Positions 10,437 to 19,643 of a stretch of DNA of 64,000 nt are shown here, piece by piece. The notes below the pieces were generated by a model. It had not been told where the DNA came from and did no database searches. It saw nothing but the letters and a program-made list of their open reading frames with translations. This stretch comes from Nitrospiraceae bacterium (lineage in GTDB: Bacteria; Nitrospirota; Nitrospiria; Nitrospirales; UBA2166): the NCBI GenBank assembly GCA_002726235.1, contig PBSN01000002.1, positions 19,010 to 83,009 of the forward strand, given 5' to 3'. Positions within the stretch are counted from its first letter, which is position 1. Each line of letters starts with the position of its first letter. A program made the position numbers and the translations under genes.

Positions 10437-10712
10437 CTTAAATTACATGCTAGCTAATACTGATTTTCAAAAGCGATGAAATTACACGATCAAATCGATC
10501 CTTGGCTTCTTTCGCGATTACCGCTTCCGTAACTTTTAAAATCACATCCTCATAGAACGTATTAATCGTTGTTAAGATTCCATAGGATTGTGTCGACATG
10601 CCCATCCTTTCCCGGCTTATGAGACGCATACGATAAAAACATTCACCTCCACCTCCCTCTTCCACGTCAAGAGGGATTGATTTCTACTATTGATTTGACC
10701 GAGTAGCCTCGA

Positions 10713-11855
10713 TTAATGCATAGACCCCTGCTGAGATGCTAACAATTTCACGACTGTGCGGAACAACGCGACGGCTTTCCATTCGATGGCCGGATCACGG
10801 AAAAAGTGGTCGAGGCCTAGTTCGAGGACAGTGACACTGCCTGGAATAATCTCATCCACGAGAAGGGTCAGTCCATCATTCGGGCCATAGGGGCGAAGTG
10901 CTTCGTACCGGCTCCTCACCCCTCCTGATACGTCCCCAGAAAGCGGAACGGCCATATAATTTACAACCAAGATATCATCCGGGATGCGAACATGAGCATA
11001 GCGTGCACGTCGGACATCTGTGGTCATACTCGCAAGACCAGCAACATTCCATCCTTTCCACCAAAAGTAGAGACGCAGTCCCCACCGCTGAGGCCAGTTC
11101 ATGACACCGTCAGCAAGCTGTGTCCCTTGAATCACCCCACCAACATTAACCCACGCGCGAACGTGCGTCGTTTGCGCCGAGGTCAGATGGGCCCCCAGCG
11201 CTAACGCCGCTTCAGCACCAGATTTGCTGGTGCTAACCAGAATCAATTTCTCTTCTCCATCACGTCGTCGCATGATCTCGTCAGCAATGATTGCCGCATT
11301 GCGTTCAACAGATCCGCTTTCCTCTGTTTCAATCAACACCGTTTGGATACCCATGCGATCAAAAATTTCCCGTTGTTGCCGAAAATCAGCACCCGTTGAA
11401 GGATCCGAGCGATAGAGCCATCCAGGTGCGAAAAGGATCACGTACGACCGATATTGAGTGGCATTTAAGGATACCTGTTGTTGTGAACGAAGGATCGCAT
11501 CGAGTTCATCGGAAAATTTCGCCCGCATTTGAACGTTGGAATCAAGGCCCGAAAGATGCGACGCGAGCATTAATGTCGCAAGATCTGTCGACATACTATT
11601 GGCAATATGTGCGATCGTGTCCCGATCAATTTCACCTCCCTGAAGCTGTGCGTGGAAGTCGTCAATCTGTCGGTGCGTTTTAGGATCGGTATTTTCACCT
11701 CGTAGGTAGCGCTCGAGGTAATAGCGCGCAATGACAGAATCAACCGTGGTGTTGATGTGATGACCAGCCAATTCCCCTTGCACAGGCACGCGAGGAATGG
11801 AGGCCTCACATGCTACAAGGAAGACACTCGCCACACAAGCAAGTATGGTATACAT
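10713..11855 (-). CDS. putative lipoprotein with alpha/beta-hydrolase-like fold
   Basis: Start trimmed to MYTILACVASVFLVAC (lipobox-like). FAPGW, LVSTSKSGAE, NDGL and DHF motifs resemble lipase-like hydrolases. Confidence 0.6.
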   Translation of the reverse strand: MYTILACVASVFLVACEASIPRVPVQGELAGHHINTTVDSVIARYYLERYLRGENTDPKTHRQIDDFHAQLQGGEIDRDTIAHIANSMSTDLATLMLASHLSGLDSNVQMRAKFSDELDAILRSQQQVSLNATQYRSYVILFAPGWLYRSDPSTGADFRQQREIFDRMGIQTVLIETEESGSVERNAAIIADEIMRRRDGEEKLILVSTSKSGAEAALALGAHLTSAQTTHVRAWVNVGGVIQGTQLADGVMNWPQRWGLRLYFWWKGWNVAGLASMTTDVRRARYAHVRIPDDILVVNYMAVPLSGDVSGGVRSRYEALRPYGPNDGLTLLVDEIIPGSVTVLELGLDHFFRDPAIEWKAVALFRTVVKLLASQQGSMH

Positions 11856-11886
11856 TATCGAGCGTTGCACGAGGAAGGAACTGACG

Positions 11887-12744
11887 ATGGCATCTCTCGA
11901 AGATGAGTTTGGGGACATTATAAAGAAGGCTCGCCAAGGCCAAGGACTAACCCTTGACGATGTCATCGGCAAGACGGGCATCCCTAAAACCACTCTGCGC
12001 GCTCTTGAAGGGTGCAAGCAACTGCCAACATCAAACGAAGTTCAAGCGATCGCGCCACTTCTCTCCTTAGACCCAAGAACATTAGAAGCGATTGGACGAG
12101 AACAGTGGCAACCACTTGACTCTCCTGGCTGGGTCGCCGAAACCGTCGAGACCGTACGCGGCGATATTGGAGGATACGAGGTTAAAGGCTACCTCCTTTA
12201 CGATTCAACCACCAAAGACGCAGTTATGATCGACACCGCCTATAACGCGAAGCAGATGTTGCACCACATAGACACACTTGGACTTCGCCTGCAGGGCATT
12301 TGCCTCACCCATGGGCATTCCGACCATGCCAATGGCATCGATATCATTGTGGCAGCACATCCGACGACAGTACACATCGGACATGGTGATATGTCGATGA
12401 TCACTGAATACCAATCTTTAGTGGACATTCAACCCTCACACGATGGGCATATTCTGGAGATTGGATCTATTGATCTTCAGTTTATATCAACCCCTGGCCA
12501 TACTCCAGGCGGCGTCTGCTACTCTACCGGACCGTTGTGCTTTGTAGGAGATACTCTCTTTGCCGGTTCGATCGGACGTTCTTGTCCATGGAATTTGTAC
12601 CCGATCCATTTGCAATCGGTAACGGAGCAGATCCTACAAATGGACGCATCGGTGATCTTGCTTCCCGGGCACGGTCCTGCCACCACCGTCGGAGAAGAGA
12701 AACGACACAATCCGTTCGTGACGGGCTACGCTATGCCATCATGA
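11887..12744 (+). CDS. MBL-fold metallo-hydrolase with N-terminal XRE-like HTH
   Basis: N-terminal LEDEFGDIIKKARQGQGLTLDDV; THGHSDH, TPGHTPGG, GDTLFAG, PGHGP; SD-like GAGGAAGG before the ATG at 11887. Confidence 0.88.
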   Translation: MASLEDEFGDIIKKARQGQGLTLDDVIGKTGIPKTTLRALEGCKQLPTSNEVQAIAPLLSLDPRTLEAIGREQWQPLDSPGWVAETVETVRGDIGGYEVKGYLLYDSTTKDAVMIDTAYNAKQMLHHIDTLGLRLQGICLTHGHSDHANGIDIIVAAHPTTVHIGHGDMSMITEYQSLVDIQPSHDGHILEIGSIDLQFISTPGHTPGGVCYSTGPLCFVGDTLFAGSIGRSCPWNLYPIHLQSVTEQILQMDASVILLPGHGPATTVGEEKRHNPFVTGYAMPS

Positions 12745-13658
12745 GGAATATCTGGAACCGCCTTCGCACCCTTTATAGAAAAGGTGGTCCCCATACCATA
12801 CTTTTTCTCCTTACGATCCTAACCACGCTTTCCGCTGGCGCATTTCAAGCAGGAACGAATCCGTTCAGAAGCCCCTCTCACCTCATTGAGGGCATTCCAT
12901 TTTCCATGACCTTGCTCTGCATCCTCCTCACGCATGAGATGGGCCATTATGTAACGGCGCGGTGGCACAGAGTTCCTGCAACACTGCCCTATTTTATTCC
13001 CGGCATTCCATTCTTTATTGGAACCTTCGGGGCCGTGATCCGTATGAAAGGTCCAATCCTTGGGAAGCGTGCATTGTTCGATATTGGCGTTTCCGGGCCA
13101 ATCATAGGTTTCGTATTCGCAGTGATCGCGATCGTTATCGGATTGCACTATTCGAACGTCGTTGTCGTAGATGGATTGTCAGGAATACAGCTCGGAGAGC
13201 CTATTCTCTTCGATTTGCTTACGCGGATGGTCATTGGGAACATCCCTGATACATACGATATCGTACTCCATCCCATCGCGTTTGCCGGCTGGGTTGGACT
13301 CTTGATTACGGCATTAAACCTGATCCCCATCGGCCAACTTGATGGCGGACATGTTGCCTATGCGATGTTTGGAGAGCGGCAACCCATGATTGCAGCAATA
13401 CTGATTCTTCCCATCCTCCTCTACCTCGGAGTGCTAAGCATACTCACAATCGCATTCCCCTGGATGAAGGTATTGCCAGGAGCCCCCGGATGGCAAGGTT
13501 GGATTATTTGGAGTCTCCTTCCTCTGCTCATTGGGCTCCGCCACCCACCAGTGCTGGATGCGTATGTTCCGTTGGACCCAACGCGAAGATTGATCGGATG
13601 GATCGCGGTCATCATTTTTCTGGTAAGTTTCGTGCCCGCTCCGTTCACAAACCTTTAG
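12741..13658 (+). CDS. site-2 protease (peptidase M50 family)
   Basis: HEMGH and NLIPIGQLDGGH motifs, multiple TM segments; ATGA overlap with the upstream stop. Confidence 0.92.
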   Translation: MRNIWNRLRTLYRKGGPHTILFLLTILTTLSAGAFQAGTNPFRSPSHLIEGIPFSMTLLCILLTHEMGHYVTARWHRVPATLPYFIPGIPFFIGTFGAVIRMKGPILGKRALFDIGVSGPIIGFVFAVIAIVIGLHYSNVVVVDGLSGIQLGEPILFDLLTRMVIGNIPDTYDIVLHPIAFAGWVGLLITALNLIPIGQLDGGHVAYAMFGERQPMIAAILILPILLYLGVLSILTIAFPWMKVLPGAPGWQGWIIWSLLPLLIGLRHPPVLDAYVPLDPTRRLIGWIAVIIFLVSFVPAPFTNL

Positions 13659-13662
13659 TTGT

Positions 13663-14454
13663 TCAGACCTGCCCTGCCAATACGCGAAGCATATCGTGCT
13701 GTATAAGCCTATTGCTGGCAAGCACTTCGTTATAATAAATTGAGAACGGGTTTCCAACGAAATCGCTGATCGATCCACCCGCCTCCGTCACCATTAGACT
13801 CCCCGCGGCCACATCCCATGGCGCCAGCTTCATCTCCCAAAACCCATCAAAGCGTCCCATCGCCACATAGCAGAGATCCAACGCGGCAGAACCCGTTCGG
13901 CGCACACCCTGGGCCCGAACCACAAATCCACGAAAGAAATTGAAGTTATTGTCGGTCCTATCCTGACGTACATCATAGGAAAATCCCGTCACCAGCAACG
14001 CATGGTTGAGCGTAGCAACACGCGAAACGGACATCGTCTGTCCGTTACACGATGCCCCTTTCCCTTTTTCCGCAACAAACAACTCCTTGCGCATCGGATC
14101 AAAGACCACCCCCATGACGATAACCCCATCAATCTCCAAGCCAATGGAAACGCAGAACGCGGGAAATGCATGCGTGTAATTGGTCGTCCCATCAAGTGGA
14201 TCGATCACCCACTTGTAGCGCGACACTGGACCCGACGATAGTCCCCCTTCCTCGGCGAGAATTTGGTGGTCAGGAAAAGCCGAAGAAATTCGCTCAACAA
14301 TCGCCCGCTCCGCTGCACGATCGGCATCGGTAACCAAATCCATCACCCCCTTAAACTCGATGGTAATCCCCTTCTCCATCCGATCCAGAAGAATGTCTCC
14401 TGCCTCTCGTGCAGCCTCAATTGCAACGGTCTTCCATGCCTCAGAGTTTTCCAT
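13663..14454 (-). CDS. suhB: inositol monophosphatase family protein
   Basis: DLVTDAD, WVIDPLDGTTN, RRTGSAALDLC, WDVAAG. Start trimmed to MENSEAW. Confidence 0.92.
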   Translation of the reverse strand: MENSEAWKTVAIEAAREAGDILLDRMEKGITIEFKGVMDLVTDADRAAERAIVERISSAFPDHQILAEEGGLSSGPVSRYKWVIDPLDGTTNYTHAFPAFCVSIGLEIDGVIVMGVVFDPMRKELFVAEKGKGASCNGQTMSVSRVATLNHALLVTGFSYDVRQDRTDNNFNFFRGFVVRAQGVRRTGSAALDLCYVAMGRFDGFWEMKLAPWDVAAGSLMVTEAGGSISDFVGNPFSIYYNEVLASNRLIQHDMLRVLAGQV

Positions 14455-14501
14455 CAGTGTCACCATCTTCAAAAATGCGGAGAAAATGAATGGGTTCCCA
14501 G

Positions 14502-14783
14502 CTATTCGAACATTGCACTCAAGGGAATATCGAGACCAGGGAGCAGGGAGATCGAAGGGCGTCCTCCAGCATCTAGCCACCCACAACCTGGATCGTCCGA
14601 GAAATTAGCATGTTTGTCTTGGTAAATCTTTCCATCATCCATCTGAACATAAACCGCTGGCGATGAAAAGGTGCAAGGTGAAGGGTCGTTTGTCCTTGGA
14701 GCCAAATTTAAAATGTGTCTCCAGAAGTTTTCTTCATGCTTCGTTTCATCGCTTAGTAGAGCCAGACAGACAAGGCATGTCAA
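14502..14783 (-). pseudogene. possible decayed Uma2-family nuclease remnant
   Basis: The ORF ends SISLLPGLDIPLSAMFE*, resembling the Uma2 C-terminal SPLLPGFxLxLxxIF. The rest is not recognisable. Confidence 0.3.
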
Positions 14784-14889
14784 GAGATCTGCAAGATTTA
14801 AACCCTAGCAACATTCGACGTTCTCTCGCGACCTGAGGCCTCGCCAGAGAACCAAGCCATACAAATACGTCACTTCAATGTCAATTTTC

Positions 14890-14919
14890 TTGACAACCCG
14901 AAAACTGCACGCCTATGCT
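14890..14919 (+). promoter_or_regulatory. putative sigma70 promoter for dsrE-tusA
   Basis: TTGACA-N18-TATGCT about 80 bp upstream of the CDS. Confidence 0.5.
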
Positions 14920-15001
14920 CTTCTGTTGAGACCACAACCAAAACAGTGTCCATCTCACATAATCTCGTCGAGCCGGTGAGAATCACCCAAGAAAGGATTC
15001 C

Positions 15002-15541
15002 TTGACACCAATGCCATCCCCGGAGGTTGTACCAGAAACAGTACTCAGCAACCTTCAAGAGACCAAACCAGAGAGCGTCACAATTGTCTGCTTGAGCGGA
15101 GACATGGATAAGGCCATGGCGGCATTCATCATCGCCACAGGCGCTGCCTCAATGGGCATGAGAGTCACGATGTTCTTCACGTTTTGGGGCCTTAACATGT
15201 TACGTCGCAAAGGAAGCACATCAAATGTCAAAGACTGGTTGAGACACCTGTTTGGTTTACTCAACCGCGGCGGCGCTGACACTCTTCCATTATCGAAATT
15301 TCATTTTCTTGGTGCAGGCACAGCCATGATGAAAAAGGTCATGAAGCAAAATAAAATGCCAGGGATACCAGAACTGATGGATATCGCTCAAGACTTAGGT
15401 GTGCGATTTATCGCCTGTACCACGACGATGGGTCTGTTAGGCATAACCAAAGACACCTTGATCGAGAGCGTCGATCAGTACGCGGGCGTGGCAACCTACT
15501 TAGCAGAGGCCAAAAATGGAAGCGTCAATCTTTTTATCTAA
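15002..15541 (+). CDS. DsrE2/YrkE-like (DsrE/DsrF/DrsH-like family) sulfur-carrier protein
   Basis: SGDMDKAMAAFIIATGAASMG, MFFTFWGLNMLR, conserved Cys in FIACTTTMGLLG, YAGVATYL..A....NLFI. Confidence 0.9.
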   Translation: MTPMPSPEVVPETVLSNLQETKPESVTIVCLSGDMDKAMAAFIIATGAASMGMRVTMFFTFWGLNMLRRKGSTSNVKDWLRHLFGLLNRGGADTLPLSKFHFLGAGTAMMKKVMKQNKMPGIPELMDIAQDLGVRFIACTTTMGLLGITKDTLIESVDQYAGVATYLAEAKNGSVNLFI

Positions 15542-15565
15542 TATGTAATATGAGAGGGCAACTAC

Positions 15566-15823
15566 GTGAGCGTACCTTTTCAAGCAGATGAGCAACTCGA
15601 CACATTAGGCATGTTTTGTCCAATGCCAATTATCATGACATCAAAGAAATTTAAACAACTCGAAATCGGCAAGGTCCTGGAAGTCCTGTCGGATGATGAA
15701 GGCATCAAGCAAGACATGCCCGCATGGTGTAAGACTACCGGCCAAGAGTTCATCGGCCTCGAAGAAAAAGAAGATGGCCTCAGGATGATTTTCAAAACCT
15801 TTGTGAGAAAAATAAAGGCATAG
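15566..15823 (+). CDS. tusA: sulfurtransferase TusA family protein
   Basis: LDTLGMFCPMPI (CPxP motif), LEVLSDD, DMPAWCKTTG. Confidence 0.92.
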   Translation: MSVPFQADEQLDTLGMFCPMPIIMTSKKFKQLEIGKVLEVLSDDEGIKQDMPAWCKTTGQEFIGLEEKEDGLRMIFKTFVRKIKA

Positions 15824-15934
15824 GAATAATGAGTCAAAAAAATAAACGCTACTTATCTCTGATCCAACCAATCGTTTTTTCTTCTAGCCCCCTCCTCAGA
15901 GTCCAGACCCCCGAACACCGAGTCCGCTCCCCGC

Positions 15935-16486
15935 TCATTCCCCCCGCAGCCTAAACAACGAAAGCGGTTCAATATTGAACAACAGTGAGGTAAAATTCGT
16001 CGGAAAGGTCAGAAGACGCGCATTGTATGCCCGAACTGCTTGGTTATAGTCAAAACGCTCTTTGTTGATTCGCGTCGCGAGAACATTGAGACTCTCGATC
16101 AGGCCCCCAAGCGTAGGATGTGCATTAAGCCGTTCGATGTTATACAGGAATACGGACAAACTCACTCTCGGCAATTCAGTTTCGTTATATGCTTCAATTT
16201 GCATTCCACGATCTTGGGCACCTTCCATGATCACTTGCGCATATGCAAGCTCACCAATGATAGCAGTTTCGTATGGGGCTTCCTTCTTGATGATCGCACG
16301 GATATCCAAGATCCCCTCCGTTCGATATCGAAAGAGCTGTTCAATACTAGCCCATCGCTTTGCTTGTTGCTCATGTAGGCGGTTTAACTCACACGATCCG
16401 TCGTACATCCAAATGGCCAACCCTCCGAGCATCGATACAACAACGGCTACACTCGTCCAGACTATTGTACTGATCTGCTTTTCCAT
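15935..16486 (-). CDS. LemA family protein (divergent)
   Basis: N-terminal TM and C-terminal RFDYNQAVRAYNARLLTFPTNFTSLLF motif. Confidence 0.75.
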   Translation of the reverse strand: MEKQISTIVWTSVAVVVSMLGGLAIWMYDGSCELNRLHEQQAKRWASIEQLFRYRTEGILDIRAIIKKEAPYETAIIGELAYAQVIMEGAQDRGMQIEAYNETELPRVSLSVFLYNIERLNAHPTLGGLIESLNVLATRINKERFDYNQAVRAYNARLLTFPTNFTSLLFNIEPLSLFRLRGE

Positions 16487-16506
16487 ATTCGGAACTCCTT
16501 GATTCC

Positions 16507-17763
16507 CTATCCTGTCTTCGCCCACCAATCCGGGAGTAACCCAACCGCAACGAGTCGGTCCGTCAGGCTAAAAGGTGCTTGTCGCCGTAATCCAGCCGTA
16601 GCGGTCAACGCTTGATACCTCAACCTGACATTATCGTCAAGCGTTCGCAAAACCCGGTCCACAGCGAATTGGACCACTGGATTCCTTGAATTCCAAAAAA
16701 ACGTTTGTTCATCACCCAACCGTTGGAGCATCTCCACATGAGGACGCCGCTCGCGTTCGAACGCTGCCAGCGACGAGCCTGAACAGTCACCTTTGGCAAG
16801 ACAGTCCTGAACGACCCGTGAACACACTACAGCATCGTGCATCGCCTGCATTCTCCCTTGCGATATATGCGGATTCATTGCATGTGCGGCATCACCGATA
16901 ATCATCGCCCCATCTGTAACCCATGTTGCAGCACGAACCCGAAAACACGGTCGAAAGATGGTCTGGTCAAGGTGAGTGAGTTGCTTAAGAGGCTGGATGA
17001 GACTCGGATCGATCTCCTCCATCGCGTCTTTGATGCGCTGAAAACCCACTGCGTCTAATGATGCTCTAGTCATATTCGGAAGCAGGTAAAAAAAATAGAG
17101 TTGGTCGTTGGGTACGGGGAGGAGTCCAAGGATCTCCCCTTTCCCAATATAGTAACGAGATCGATGTTCAAAACCTTGAGGGCGATCCAACACTCCGAGC
17201 AGATATCCCTCTGGGTATTGATGTACCTGGGAAGAAATGTCTAACGCCATTCGAACGGCGGAACCAATTCCATCTGCACCAACAACCAATTGGGCTCTAA
17301 TTTCGTGACTCTGTCCCTCATGTTCCGCCATCACCCCCGTAACAATTTTCCCATGCCGCATGAGTCCCTTGAATACAGCCCCATACAAAACAGTCAATGT
17401 GGTTTCATCGGCAGTGGCATCCAAGACGTGTTGATGAAGCGAGCTGGAAAACGCGGTTAACGCAACATTGTATGGTGATGGCAAATCACCGTAATCAAAC
17501 GCACACAAGCGCCCTTTACCAATGCGGAAAAAATCGAATTGGCGGGTTTGATACACGGCATCTTCAGGTAACCCATTGAGAATTCCGAGGTCATCAAGAA
17601 TCTTTTGACCGTTGGGCTGAAGAATCTCACTCCGAATATCATTCGGAAGCTGTGAACCACGCTCAAGTATAAGCACATCGATCCCCTGCCGAGCCAGCAA
17701 GAGTCCCAAGATTGCCCCTCCACTCCCGGCTCCGACGATAAGAACATCATATTTTGTTTTCAT
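16507..17763 (-). CDS. FAD-dependent monooxygenase (UbiH/aromatic hydroxylase-like)
   Basis: VLIVGAGSGG, LVVGADGIGSAVR, IIGDAAHAMNP..QG motifs. Confidence 0.9.
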   Translation of the reverse strand: MKTKYDVLIVGAGSGGAILGLLLARQGIDVLILERGSQLPNDIRSEILQPNGQKILDDLGILNGLPEDAVYQTRQFDFFRIGKGRLCAFDYGDLPSPYNVALTAFSSSLHQHVLDATADETTLTVLYGAVFKGLMRHGKIVTGVMAEHEGQSHEIRAQLVVGADGIGSAVRMALDISSQVHQYPEGYLLGVLDRPQGFEHRSRYYIGKGEILGLLPVPNDQLYFFYLLPNMTRASLDAVGFQRIKDAMEEIDPSLIQPLKQLTHLDQTIFRPCFRVRAATWVTDGAMIIGDAAHAMNPHISQGRMQAMHDAVVCSRVVQDCLAKGDCSGSSLAAFERERRPHVEMLQRLGDEQTFFWNSRNPVVQFAVDRVLRTLDDNVRLRYQALTATAGLRRQAPFSLTDRLVAVGLLPDWWAKTG

Positions 17764-17966
17764 AGCACGCATATTATATCAGCGTCTCAACACGGCGTCG
17801 GAGCGATTAAAATTATTTTATCCCACAAATAAGATCACCAGAGATGTATGATTGACTCTATGCACAGAAATGTTGTAACAACGCTAGCTGGTAGTACTGT
17901 TTGACATGTTTCAATACTAACTTTTCTTAGCGTGCAGTCCTCATACTTTAGGAAGTTGAACAAGCC

Positions 17967-19643
17967 ATGAGTGATCCGGTTTGGCTCTCTCAATACGAAT
18001 CTGGCGTTCCTAGAAACATCGAATATCCGGACTGGACGATTGTGCGGTTTCTGCTCGAATCGGCCTCACAATTTCCTCATCACACCGCGATATCATTTTA
18101 TGGAAGACCAATAACGTATCGCGAACTCGACAATGTATCAAACCAGTTTGCGCAGGCATTGATAGGACTCGGGGTAAAAAAAGAAGATCGCGTCGCGATT
18201 ATGCTGCCAAACATCCCTCAAACGGTCATTGCATACTTTGGCATCCTGAAAGCTGGTGCACGAATCGTCCATGTAAATCCGTTGTATGTGGAACGGGAAT
18301 TGGAACATCAGATCAGCGATTCCAAGAGTACAATCATCATTGCGCTCGACCTGTTTTACGAGAAAATTCGGAACGTGAAATCCAAGACCTCCCTGCAATC
18401 CATTATTGTGACCGGCATCCGTGACTACTTGCCGACGATACTTCGCTTTCTTTACCCGATTAAAGCGAAGAAAAACAAGCAATGGGTCGAAATCAAGAAA
18501 GTTCCGCCAGTCTACGATTTCTGGCAGTTGCTCAAAGAGGCAACGTCGGAGCACCCAAATATCAAGAACAAGCCAGAGGACCTCGCCCTTCTGCAATATA
18601 CCGGCGGAACAACCGGTGTCTCCAAAGGGGTCATGCTCAGCCATACAAATGTCGTGGCCAATACACTTCAATGCCAATACTGGATGACAGATCTTCAACC
18701 AGGCCAGGAAGTATTTATAGGGGTCCTCCCATATTTTCACGTCTATGGGATGAGTACCTCCCAGAACTTGGCGATTTCGCTAGGAGGGACGCAAGTGCTT
18801 CTCCCTCGATTCCAGGCGGATGAAGTTTTGAAGGCAATCGAAAAACACCGCGCCACGGTGTTCTGTGGCATTCAGGCAATGTTCATCGCCATCAATAACC
18901 ATCCACGCGCGTCGAGTTTTGATCTCTCGTCACTCAAAGTATGTATGAGTGGAGCCGGCCCGCTTCATGCGGAAGTCCAGAAACGCTTTGAAGACCTGAC
19001 AGGAGCTAAGTTGATTGAAGGCTATGGGCTGACGGAAAGCGCGCCTGTCACCCATTGCAACCCGTGCCGAGGCACTCGCAAGCAAGGCTCCATTGGAGTG
19101 CCATTTCCAGACACCAGTGCGCGCATCGTCGATATTGAAACCGGAAATGAAACGGTTTCACCCGGCAACATCGGTGAGCTAATCATCTCCGGGCCACAAG
19201 TGATGGCCGGGTACTGGAATCAGCCGGAGGAAACCAAAAACACGATTCGGGATGGATGGCTCTATACAGGTGATTCCGCGAAAATGGATGAAGATGGGTT
19301 TTTCTATATCGTCGACCGCAAAAAGGACATGATTAAATCCGGCGGGGAAAATGTGTACCCGCGGGAATTAGAAGAAGTACTGTTCCGCCATCCCAAGATC
19401 AAGGATGTCGTCGTGGTAGGACTCCCGCACAGTTTGCGTGACGAAGCCATTAAAGCGTACGTTGTCCTTAAGGATGGTGAACACGCAACGGATGCTGAGA
19501 TTTTGAATTTCTGTCGGGAAAATCTCGCAAAATTCAAAGTCCCGCGCTGGGTAGAGTTTCGCGCCGCATTGCCGAAGAATCTGGTGGGAAAAGTCTTGCG
19601 ACGGACCTTGCGCGAAGAAGAGTTGGCGAAAAAGAAACAGTGA
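17967..19643 (+). CDS. fadD: long-chain fatty acid--CoA ligase
   Basis: QYTGGTTGVSKG, EGYGLTE, GWLYTGD, DRKKDMIKSGGENVYP, LPKNLVGK. Confidence 0.92.
   Translation: MSDPVWLSQYESGVPRNIEYPDWTIVRFLLESASQFPHHTAISFYGRPITYRELDNVSNQFAQALIGLGVKKEDRVAIMLPNIPQTVIAYFGILKAGARIVHVNPLYVERELEHQISDSKSTIIIALDLFYEKIRNVKSKTSLQSIIVTGIRDYLPTILRFLYPIKAKKNKQWVEIKKVPPVYDFWQLLKEATSEHPNIKNKPEDLALLQYTGGTTGVSKGVMLSHTNVVANTLQCQYWMTDLQPGQEVFIGVLPYFHVYGMSTSQNLAISLGGTQVLLPRFQADEVLKAIEKHRATVFCGIQAMFIAINNHPRASSFDLSSLKVCMSGAGPLHAEVQKRFEDLTGAKLIEGYGLTESAPVTHCNPCRGTRKQGSIGVPFPDTSARIVDIETGNETVSPGNIGELIISGPQVMAGYWNQPEETKNTIRDGWLYTGDSAKMDEDGFFYIVDRKKDMIKSGGENVYPRELEEVLFRHPKIKDVVVVGLPHSLRDEAIKAYVVLKDGEHATDAEILNFCRENLAKFKVPRWVEFRAALPKNLVGKVLRRTLREEELAKKKQ

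Noticed and set aside
11856..12017. N-terminal extensions of overlapping ORFs 10713-12017 and 11797-12744
   Set aside because: Longest-ORF artefacts; better starts are at 11855 (lipoprotein signal) and 11887 (SD).
14820..14852. Hairpin GTTCTCT...AGAGAAC
   Set aside because: Isolated, with no U-tract; cannot be assigned as a terminator or a repeat copy.
17901..17914. FNR/CRP-like box TTGACATGTTTCAA upstream of fadD
   Set aside because: Two mismatches to TTGAT-N4-ATCAA; could equally be a -35 element or chance.
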